Made by a program: the position numbers and the translations under genes. A model generated the notes under the pieces. It ran no database searches and was not told the origin of the DNA. It saw only the letters and a program-made list of their open reading frames with translations. This document shows, piece by piece, positions 27,901 through 33,822 of a stretch of DNA of 36,338 nucleotides. Numbering within the stretch: position 1 is the first letter of the stretch; each line of letters opens with the position of its first letter. The stretch covers positions 1-36,338 of the forward strand of contig JAZGIX010000173.1 in the NCBI GenBank assembly GCA_036482315.1, read 5' to 3'. The DNA is from Acidimicrobiia bacterium (GTDB lineage: Bacteria > Actinomycetota > Acidimicrobiia > Spongiisociales > UBA11373).

Positions 27901-28528
27901 GGAGTGGGATCAACGCACCAAGCTCGCTTTCGAGAAGGAGATGCTCGGCCTCTACGTGTCTGATCATCCATTGCTCAGCGTCGGTGCAACTCTTCGCTCG
28001 TTGGTGACGACGGCGATTCCCGGCCTGTACGACCAGGCCGACAAGGCCTCGGTGACGGTCGGGGGCCTGGTCGGTGGAGTGTCGCGCCGCTACACCCGCA
28101 AGGGAGACATGATGCTCTTCTTCCAGCTCGAGGACCTGGAAGGATCGGTTGAGGTGGTGGCTTTCCCCCGGATCGTGCAGGAGACCGGGCCGCTCGTACG
28201 CGACGACGCGGTGTTGGTCGTCTCGGGTCGGGTCGATCAACGTGGCGACGATGTAAAGCTCATTGCCTCGCGGATCACCGAGCCCGACCTCAGCCCCGAG
28301 AAGATCGTGCGACTGCGAGTTCCGGCAGTTCGAATGTCGCAGGTCCTGGTGTCGGAGCTCAAGGACATTCTCGCCAATCATCCCGGCAACACGCCCGTCT
28401 ATGTGCACCTGAGCGGCGATGGAGACGACACCGTGGTCCGACTCGGCGTCGAGCACACGGTCGAGTCTCGCTCCGCTCTTTACGCCGAGCTTCGGGAGCT
28501 GCTCGGGGCTGGATCCGTTCTCAGCTGA
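24998..28528 (+). CDS. dnaE: DNA polymerase III subunit alpha (DnaE1)
   Basis: 1176-aa ORF with a GTG start and GGAG 5 nt upstream. The PHP domain starts HLHLHTEYSMLDGA. Also present are GSAGGSIVSYCLRITDIDP, PDIDMDF (catalytic Asp pair), FLGLRNL and GYGFNKAHATGYA, followed by an OB-fold tail. Confidence 0.97.
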   Translation: MPATSSDRSSRFAHLHLHTEYSMLDGAARVSDVIAAAVADGQPAVGLTDHGVLYGAVEFYQQATNAGITPVIGMEGYLTPGSRFDRPPRREDLRYHITLLAVSQVGYQNLLKLSSRAYLEGFYYKPRMDLELLETYAEGIIATTGCLGGHVPQLLAPDASDEEGNTSGARDFDAAVEAAAMYQDIFGKENFFVEVMDHGVEAQRRVLPDLLAISRQIGAPLLATNDCHYTNSTEAEAHDALLCIQTGSQMGDEKRFKFQGSGYYVKSAREMRALFPSDEFPEACDNTLLIAERADVSMVFGNILLPHFPVPDGETEASFLRNLVLEGARFRYGDSLSEEVTERVEYELDVIEKMGFPAYFLIVWDLIRYARERSIRVGPARGSAGGSIVSYCLRITDIDPLAYGLIFERFLNLGRREMPDIDMDFDERYRADVIRYAAERYGSDHVAQIITFSTIKGRQAIRDSARVLGLPYGLGDKIAKAMPPPILGREATLEQTLVPAGSDADDVDRDHHTAGAGLREMYASDPEAARVIDTARGLEGLRRQDSIHAAAVVISPQPLMEIVPIQQKGEDNEIVTQFEMHAIEQLGLLKMDFLGLRNLSTIERTLDLVEAADLARPDIDSVPLDDPEVYAMLSRGESMGVFQMEGSGMRALMRNLRPDRFDDLIALISLYRPGPLGAGTHNMYADRKNGLAPIEFPHEDLEPVLSGTYGIMVYQEQVLQAAQVMAGFSMVDADLLRKAMGKKIPSVMAEQSDLFVEGCVRKGHPRDLGKEIFDLISHFAGYGFNKAHATGYALVAYQTAWLKVHHPAEYMAALLTSSKSNKDRTAVYLNECRTMGVKVLVPDVSSSESDFVARDGTVPFGLSAIRNVGEGVVELITQERKQNGPYLSFQDFLDRVDLAALNKRTVESLIKAGAFDATGSPRKGLMAVFEQMLDAVVSRRRAEDMGQYSLFGTDEPSVQSGAVEIPEMEWDQRTKLAFEKEMLGLYVSDHPLLSVGATLRSLVTTAIPGLYDQADKASVTVGGLVGGVSRRYTRKGDMMLFFQLEDLEGSVEVVAFPRIVQETGPLVRDDAVLVVSGRVDQRGDDVKLIASRITEPDLSPEKIVRLRVPAVRMSQVLVSELKDILANHPGNTPVYVHLSGDGDDTVVRLGVEHTVESRSALYAELRELLGAGSVLS

Positions 28529-28725
28529 AAGCCGTTGGAGCGTGAGAACTCGCTTCCCGGTTCGGGCTCGGGCGCGGGAGAGGTCAGCGGTCACTGCGCT
28601 ACGGCCGACGCCCCCGTTGCCGGTGACGATGATCAAGCGAGGGTCGGGTTGCAACGGCGCGCCGCGTTGCAGCCAGGAGCCCCGCCCGGCCTACTCTGGC
28701 CTCGATTCGGCACTAGGAGCACCCA

Positions 28726-28947
28726 ATGGCAGAGTTCGACGTCGGCGCCTTTCTCGAGCGGTTTGCCGGACGAGCCGAGGCGGTGAAGGAGCGAGGTATC
28801 CCTCCGCTCGAAGGCGATGCCCGTCGGACGTTCATGGCGTCGGCCCAGCAGGACTTCACCGACTACTCCCTCGTGGCGGAGGCGTCTTGGGAACTGGAGG
28901 ACGGGGCGCTGGTACTGCGGATCCCACTCGCTCCAAGCGAGTCGTAA
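28726..28947 (+). CDS. Hypothetical small acidic protein (73 aa)
   Basis: The ATG is preceded by TAGGAG 6 nt upstream. Third-position G/C bias resembles that of neighbouring genes. No motif was recognised. Confidence 0.5.
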   Translation: MAEFDVGAFLERFAGRAEAVKERGIPPLEGDARRTFMASAQQDFTDYSLVAEASWELEDGALVLRIPLAPSES

Positions 28948-28996
28948 CCAGTAACCAGTAGGAGGGTGCGCTGGGTGGTCTTCTGCCTGCAAGCTT

Positions 28997-30664
28997 TCAG
29001 TCAGTCGGGTCGGCGACTCCGGCGGCGGCGCGTCTGGCGGCGGCCCGACGCTCTGATTCGAGTCGCCCGAGCCCGTAGGTCTTGTGATCCACGTATTGCA
29101 TGGCGTCGGCGATCAGGTGGTGGCCAGCTTCCTCACCTATCAGACGGTGCATCTCCTGACAGACCCGCCGATAACCGGTATGGCCGCCCTCGACCGTGCG
29201 GAGCTCGAGAAGATGGAAGGCTTCTCTGGCGTTCATCTGCATGAAGAATCTGATGCGGAAGGCAAGCGGTACGGCGTACTGAGCGACCCTGTGTCCGACG
29301 GAGTCGGCCAAAGACCGATGGTGGTCGGCGGCACGCTCCATGGCCGCGTCCCAAGCATCGGCCACGCCAACATCGTTGATGCCGTCGGGAGTCACATACC
29401 CGTGGTTTGTCCCCAGCGTCTGCCACTCGAGCGTCATCATTCTGTGCCGTTGCAGGTCGCGGAAGATTCCGTAGTCGCAGAGTATGTCGAACCGGTAGCC
29501 GGACCTCTCCATGGCACGACCGGGGCGGTGACGGCGGTTCGTCCTATCTCCGATGTACGCCGCGAACAACCGTTGGCGCTCGTCGGTCGCGAGACTGCGC
29601 ACATGCTCCAGGAGCACGTCATCGGGAGCATCGGTTACCGAGTAGAGCGCTGCTGCCGCGATCTTGAGCTCGGCATCGGGGTCGTACTCGACCAGCGTCA
29701 CCTCAGGCCGTGGCTCTGCGGGGAAGTCGAGCGATGATGCGAGATCTTCCATGGTGGCGCTCGTCTCGGCGAGGTACTTGCTCCACTCGCCTCCACGATC
29801 GGGGATGTCGACCCGGCGCAAGAACGCCGGGATGAGCTTGCGGAGTTCGACCAGCATGAGATCGGCGTAGTCGCGGACTTCGGCGAGGCGACTGGCTCTC
29901 ATCCGCAGCAGAAGCATCTCATAGGACTGTCCGGTGGCGTAGATGCCGACATTCGAGATGGTGGCCGCGGGGAGCAGGCCCCGCAGGTCGTCGCAGACCT
30001 TGGCTCGAATGGTCGAGCGGTATATGAAGTCGGTGTCTCCAGATTGCTGGGGATGGAGGGTTTCGTAATACCGGGTCAGTTGCTCGGTGAGGGCGCCGTA
30101 CGATTCGAACAGAGCGTCCAATTCCGTTCGATATGAGGCGCCGCGCCCGGCGGCTGTGACCTCGGGAGGCGTGTGGTACCGGTAGCGGTTGCCAAGAAGC
30201 TTGTCATAGAACATGTAACGGGTGCTCTGTTCGAGGTAGGCGGCGATGCGCCCCCACTCCAGCACCTTCGTGAGCACGTTCGAGGCCTGCTCGCATGCCA
30301 AGTGGACACCGCCGAGCTGGGCCACCGAGTCGTCTCCATACTGGGTGAAGACTCGCTGGAACAGCTCTTCAGCGCGCTCCAGGCGCACTCCGGAATCTTC
30401 GCCGTCTATCTGTCCGGCGATTGCTTCGATTCCTATCTCGGGAGAGTTGTAGAACTCGTCGATGAAGAGGCGGCGCAAGGATTGTGGGGACCGGCTGTAC
30501 CGGGCGAACAGTGCGCCCTTGACGACCTCTGGAAGATTGGTCAGGCCGAATACCGGACCACTGGTGTTGGTGAAGAACCGATCGAGGGTGCTGATCTCCG
30601 AGTCGGTAAAAGACTCGCGGTGGTATTCCGATGCCATGGTTGTGTTGTCGGAATCGCCGCTCAT
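28997..30664 (-). CDS. ThyX-like FAD-dependent thymidylate synthase family protein, fused double-domain form (555 aa)
   Basis: This is the 3' 556 codons of the run-on ORF 28997..32689(-), starting at the ATG at 30662-30664 (MSGDSDNTTMASEY...). The N-terminal half has ThyX-like blocks ARYSRS, HLACEQASNVLTKVLEWGRIAAYLEQSTRY and LRGLLPAATISNVGIYATGQSYEMLLLRMRA. The C-terminal half has FRDLQRHRMMT (RHR motif) and AQYAVPLAFRIRFFMQMNAREAFHLLELRT. Everything upstream in the same frame is Arg/Pro-rich junk lying antisense to other genes. Confidence 0.75.
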   Translation of the reverse strand: MSGDSDNTTMASEYHRESFTDSEISTLDRFFTNTSGPVFGLTNLPEVVKGALFARYSRSPQSLRRLFIDEFYNSPEIGIEAIAGQIDGEDSGVRLERAEELFQRVFTQYGDDSVAQLGGVHLACEQASNVLTKVLEWGRIAAYLEQSTRYMFYDKLLGNRYRYHTPPEVTAAGRGASYRTELDALFESYGALTEQLTRYYETLHPQQSGDTDFIYRSTIRAKVCDDLRGLLPAATISNVGIYATGQSYEMLLLRMRASRLAEVRDYADLMLVELRKLIPAFLRRVDIPDRGGEWSKYLAETSATMEDLASSLDFPAEPRPEVTLVEYDPDAELKIAAAALYSVTDAPDDVLLEHVRSLATDERQRLFAAYIGDRTNRRHRPGRAMERSGYRFDILCDYGIFRDLQRHRMMTLEWQTLGTNHGYVTPDGINDVGVADAWDAAMERAADHHRSLADSVGHRVAQYAVPLAFRIRFFMQMNAREAFHLLELRTVEGGHTGYRRVCQEMHRLIGEEAGHHLIADAMQYVDHKTYGLGRLESERRAAARRAAAGVADPTD

Positions 30665-30760
30665 CGTGATCTCACACTGATGTAGTTTGCTGTTCCGGCA
30701 AGGTATCACCAGATCCATGCCGTGTGCAACTGGCAACCTCTGCGTACCCTGGAGCCCATC

Positions 30761-31072
30761 ATGACTGCAGTTCGAATTGTGATCGGGCTTGTGATTGCAT
30801 CGATCGTTGTGGTCGCGCTCGTGCCGATGGTGGCTTTGGTCGATCTCGCCGGTGGCGGCGATGGTTTCGGCCTCTGCCCTGAGGGCATCGGATCCTGCGA
30901 AACGTCCTATTTCGAAGGGCCCGAACTGCTGGCGATCCTTACGATCCTGCTGTTTCTTCTGCTGATGATCCTGCGGACCGCGTTCCACGTCCGCCGGTTG
31001 GTCGAGGCGAGACAACTCGAAGGTGCCTTGGATCCCGCAGAGGGGGGTCGGGAGCGATTCGAGCGTCGCTGA
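30761..31072 (+). CDS. Hypothetical small membrane protein (2 TM, Cys pair in the loop)
   Basis: ORF 30722..31072. The ATG at 30761 has GGAG 7 nt upstream. There are two clear TM helices (IVIGLVIASIVVVALVPMVALV; LLAILTILLFLLLMIL) with CPEGIGSC between them. Codon bias looks coding. It is divergent from the ThyX-like gene. Confidence 0.55.
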   Translation: MTAVRIVIGLVIASIVVVALVPMVALVDLAGGGDGFGLCPEGIGSCETSYFEGPELLAILTILLFLLLMILRTAFHVRRLVEARQLEGALDPAEGGRERFERR

Positions 31073-31222
31073 CGAGCGCAAGCTTTGGGCCCGGGCAGCC
31101 TCATGCGATGGCCCGAGACCGCGACCTGCCGTTCCTGGAGCGGTTACGCCTGGATCGAAAGACCGGCGAACTCGTTCAGGAGATGTCTCCGCTGACAATC
31201 TGAGCAGGTTGTACTCGGCAGT

Positions 31223-31249
31223 CTGAGGCCCGCTGCTGCGGCGCCTCAG
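31223..31249. terminator. GC-rich hairpin between convergent genes (candidate bidirectional terminator, no U-tract)
   Basis: CTGAGGC-CCGC-tgct-GCGG-c-GCCTCAG forms an 11-bp stem with one bulge. It overlaps the stop codon (31246-31248) of the minus-strand membrane gene. Confidence 0.3.
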
Positions 31250-31626
31250 GATCTGGAGAACGCCCCAAAGGCCGAACCGCCCGTGGCCACCAACACGGCG
31301 ACCGTCAGCACCCAGGCCCCGGGTCCAAGGTTGGCCCCGGGTGTGTCTCTGACCGCCACCATCGCATCGGCGACTTTGACCAGTGTGAACACGAGGGAGG
31401 TTCCGCTGAGGGCGACGGCGGCGACTGCAGGAGCCGGCTCTAGACCGAGATCCCAACGGCCGGTGAGGGCCACCAGAACGACGATCGTCAGTGGCAGAAG
31501 CGCCGGCCAAGCGTCCGCGCTCAGCCCGTTTACCGAGCCGATGAACCGGAAGGACGCAAACGGGAGCAACATCGAGATGGCGGCAAACCCCAATCCAGCC
31601 AGGACGATCGGTCGGAAGGGGTGCAT
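31246..31626 (-). CDS. Hypothetical 4-TM membrane protein (paralog of the N-terminal domain of the upstream gene)
   Basis: 126-aa ORF with an ATG start 3 nt after the upstream stop. It has four hydrophobic helices and aligns by eye with residues ~12-135 of the 31630..32409 product. Confidence 0.65.
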   Translation of the reverse strand: MHPFRPIVLAGLGFAAISMLLPFASFRFIGSVNGLSADAWPALLPLTIVVLVALTGRWDLGLEPAPAVAAVALSGTSLVFTLVKVADAMVAVRDTPGANLGPGAWVLTVAVLVATGGSAFGAFSRS

Positions 31627-31629
31627 GGT

Positions 31630-32409
31630 TCAGTCGTCGTTGTCTTCGGCTTCGTCGGAATCGACCATCGACATCAGGTGGTCGTCGAGCGCGGCATCGG
31701 CCCGCTCGGCTGTGTCGAGCGACGGATCGTCTGTAACCGGATCCGGAGCGGCCTCCCGGGCGACCGCACCGGTGTCGGGGAAGACGATCGCGGGCTGCGA
31801 GGAAGGGGCTGGTGTTGCCGGGGTGGCGGTCTTCTCCGGCTCGGGGACAACCGGGAGCAGTCGAGTCGGTGCTGCGTCCTCTTTGTCCGGGTCTTCGGTC
31901 TTGCGCTCCTGCTGCGGCTTGGCCTCTTGTTCGGTCGAGGATTTGGCGCGGGTTCGGAAGGTGGATGTGCGGCCGGGCGTGCCCCCAGCCGGGAGGCCGC
32001 GCAGATTGCGGTACAGACCGATCCCGATCCCGGTGAGCACGACGATGCATCCGATAACCATGAGGCGAGCACCGAAACCGACTGACCCGTCGAGGGTGTC
32101 GGCAAGGATGCTTGCATCGAGCATCTTCACCAGCGCATACGGCAGTGCGGCGAGCCCCAGGGCGAGTGAGATCCAGGCTGCCAGCGGGTGCAAGGGACGG
32201 GTGTGGTCCGGGATCAGCGTCACCGCGAAGATCGGGAGCAGCAGAATGACAACCGGGAAGGCGTCGGCGTCGAGGGCCGAGCGGTCGCCGGTAGTCGAAA
32301 TGACGAAGGTCATGCTCATCGACGCCATCGCAAGGAGCACGCCGACATCGATCACGATTCGTGACGCATGGAAGGCGAGCGTCGTTTGTACGGGTCGTTC
32401 CGGTTGCAC
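31630..32409 (-). CDS. Hypothetical membrane protein: 4-TM domain plus a long acidic, Pro/Thr-rich disordered tail
   Basis: 259-aa ORF with a GTG start and GGAGA 4 nt upstream. The N-terminal 4-TM domain is followed by RTRAKSSTEQEAKPQQERKTEDPDKED...DSDEAEDNDD. No family was recognised. Confidence 0.65.
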   Translation of the reverse strand: MQPERPVQTTLAFHASRIVIDVGVLLAMASMSMTFVISTTGDRSALDADAFPVVILLLPIFAVTLIPDHTRPLHPLAAWISLALGLAALPYALVKMLDASILADTLDGSVGFGARLMVIGCIVVLTGIGIGLYRNLRGLPAGGTPGRTSTFRTRAKSSTEQEAKPQQERKTEDPDKEDAAPTRLLPVVPEPEKTATPATPAPSSQPAIVFPDTGAVAREAAPDPVTDDPSLDTAERADAALDDHLMSMVDSDEAEDNDD

Positions 32410-32471
32410 TGGGTCTCCGGTTCAGAGCGAGGCGGAGAGTAGCCGGGGACCGTTCAGTCTCGGGACACCGC

Positions 32472-33065
32472 TCAGTCGAGAACCGAAACCATCCCGTCAT
32501 CCAAAGAGGTGACGATGACCACCGACTCGACTCGCCAGCCATGAGCCTCGAGTCGGGCTCTGCCCTCCATGAAAGACTTCTCGACGACGAACCCGAGGCC
32601 GACCAGCTCGGATTCCGCTTCGAGGACGATTTCTCCCAGGGCCTCCGCCGTCCTCCCGCGGGAAAGAAAGTCGTCCACCACGAGGACACGACAGCCCGGC
32701 GGCAGTACCTTGCGAGCCACCTCGACGCTGTATTCGACGCCCTTCGTAGGAGATGAGACGGCCCTGACGTAGGCAGGACGGACCACGTCGTCCCGCGGGT
32801 ATTTCTTGGCGTACACGAAAGGGATGCCCAGAACGGCTGCGGTTGTCATAGCCGGAGGGATCCCGCTCGCTTCTGCGGTCAGCACCAGCTCCGGGGTGGC
32901 CTCGGCGAAAGCCGCTGCCAACGTCTCACCGATGGCGGTCAGCAGAGAGGGCTCGACACGGTGGTTGAGGAAGTCGTCGACCTTGAGCAGTGAGCCCTCC
33001 ACCCTTCCCCGCTCCAGCAGGGCGGCGCGCAGCTGAACTGCACCGGTGGAAGAGCTGTCGATCAC
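32472..33065 (-). CDS. xpt: Xanthine phosphoribosyltransferase
   Basis: ORF 32472..33383(-). The GTG at 33063-33065 gives ...VQLRAALLERGRVEGSLLKVDDFLNHRVEP, which aligns with the Bacillus Xpt N-terminus (LKVDSFLNHQIDP). The PRPP loop VLVVDDFLSRGRTA and VVEKSF are present. The upstream part of the ORF is antisense to nth. Confidence 0.85.
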   Translation of the reverse strand: MIDSSSTGAVQLRAALLERGRVEGSLLKVDDFLNHRVEPSLLTAIGETLAAAFAEATPELVLTAEASGIPPAMTTAAVLGIPFVYAKKYPRDDVVRPAYVRAVSSPTKGVEYSVEVARKVLPPGCRVLVVDDFLSRGRTAEALGEIVLEAESELVGLGFVVEKSFMEGRARLEAHGWRVESVVIVTSLDDGMVSVLD

Positions 33066-33079
33066 CCCGTCGAGCGTAG

Positions 33080-33115
33080 CGTCAGGGGGTGCGCCCTTGG
33101 GCGCACCCCCTGACG
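33080..33115. promoter_or_regulatory. Perfect 36-bp palindrome (17-bp arms, 2-nt centre) in the xpt/nth divergent spacer; candidate operator or 5'-UTR hairpin
   Basis: CGTCAGGGGGTGCGCCC-TT-GGGCGCACCCCCTGACG, read directly, with no mismatch. It lies 15 nt from the xpt start and 18 nt from the nth start. Confidence 0.85.
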
Positions 33116-33132
33116 GTTTACCATCGCCGACC

Positions 33133-33822
33133 GTGTCACCCGATGTCGCAGCTCGCCGCCACGCCCGGACGATTCTCGGACGGCTGAAGAAGCGGTATCC
33201 GACCATCAGGACGGCGCTGGAATACGACAGTGCCTGGCAACTCCTGGTGGTCACGGTGATGAGTGCCCAAACCACGGACGAGAATGTCAACAGGGTGGCT
33301 CCTGAGCTCTTCAGAAGGTGGCCCGAGCCTGAGGACCTGGCGGCGGCTGATCCCGAGGCAGTGGAGACCACGATCTTCAGCACCGGGTTCTACAGGCAGA
33401 AGGCCAAGTCGATAATCGCTCTCAGCGAGGACCTGATAGAGAGATACGAAGGAGAAGTCCCGCGTCTCTTGGAAGAGCTGGTGACCCTCAGAGGCGTCGG
33501 CCGCAAGACGGCCAGCGTCGTGTTGGCCGAGGCCTGGGGCCTTCCCGCCATCGCAGTGGATACCCACGTAAAGCGGGTCGCGTTCCGGCTCTCGCTCACA
33601 GACCAGGAGGCTCCCGACAAGGTTGAAACCGACCTGCGCGATCTCTACCCGGAAACCGAATGGGCCGGCATCTCGATGCGGTTTATCCAGTTCGGGCGTG
33701 ACGTCTGCGATGCGCGCAAGCCGCGGTGCTGGACTTGCCCGATGGTCGATCGGTGTCGATACCCGGACAAGACGCCTCCGCCCGGTGGCTCCAGCGGCCA
33801 CACCCGACGCGTCGAGGGTTAG
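33133..33822 (+). CDS. nth: Endonuclease III (DNA-(apurinic or apyrimidinic site) lyase) Nth
   Basis: ORF 33046..33822. The GTG at 33133 gives M-SPDVAARRHARTILGRLKKRYP, aligning with the E. coli Nth N-terminus. Also present are SAQTTDENVN, the HhH motif LVTLRGVGRKTASVVL, AVDTHV and the 4Fe-4S motif C-x6-C-x2-C-x5-C (CDARKPRCWTCPMVDRC). Confidence 0.9.
   Translation: MSPDVAARRHARTILGRLKKRYPTIRTALEYDSAWQLLVVTVMSAQTTDENVNRVAPELFRRWPEPEDLAAADPEAVETTIFSTGFYRQKAKSIIALSEDLIERYEGEVPRLLEELVTLRGVGRKTASVVLAEAWGLPAIAVDTHVKRVAFRLSLTDQEAPDKVETDLRDLYPETEWAGISMRFIQFGRDVCDARKPRCWTCPMVDRCRYPDKTPPPGGSSGHTRRVEG

Noticed and set aside
28529-28654. Minus-strand peptide MQPDPRLIIVTGNGGVGRSAVTADLSRARARTGKRVLTL, which resembles a ParA/ArsA/Mrp deviant Walker A N-terminus
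   Set aside because: Both Walker lysines are replaced (GNGGVGRS), the start is a TTG with no RBS, and after about 42 codons the frame runs antisense into dnaE with no further similarity. At best it is a relic of a decayed P-loop ATPase gene, and GGVG-type strings arise easily in GC-rich DNA.
28944-28960. GTAACCA GTAACCA GTA mini tandem repeat
   Set aside because: It has only about 2.4 copies and no complementary partner nearby, and it overlaps a stop codon. It is too short to distinguish from chance. I note it only because of the heptad period it shares with the larger arrays.
31283-32512. 409-aa plus-strand ORF rich in Ser/Thr/Ala
   Set aside because: It is the mirror frame of the two minus-strand membrane-protein genes. 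The Ser/Thr/Ala-rich composition is the expected antisense image of hydrophobic helices, and there is no RBS.
30665-32689. Upstream 675 codons of the 1230-aa minus-strand ORF 28997..32689, the longest ORF in the track
   Set aside because: The translation is Arg/Pro/Gly-rich low-complexity sequence, typical of an open non-coding frame in GC-rich DNA. It also overlaps better-supported genes: the 30761..31072 gene on the opposite strand, and the two membrane-protein genes and xpt out of frame on the same strand. Only the 3' part from the ATG at 30664 has ThyX-like sequence.
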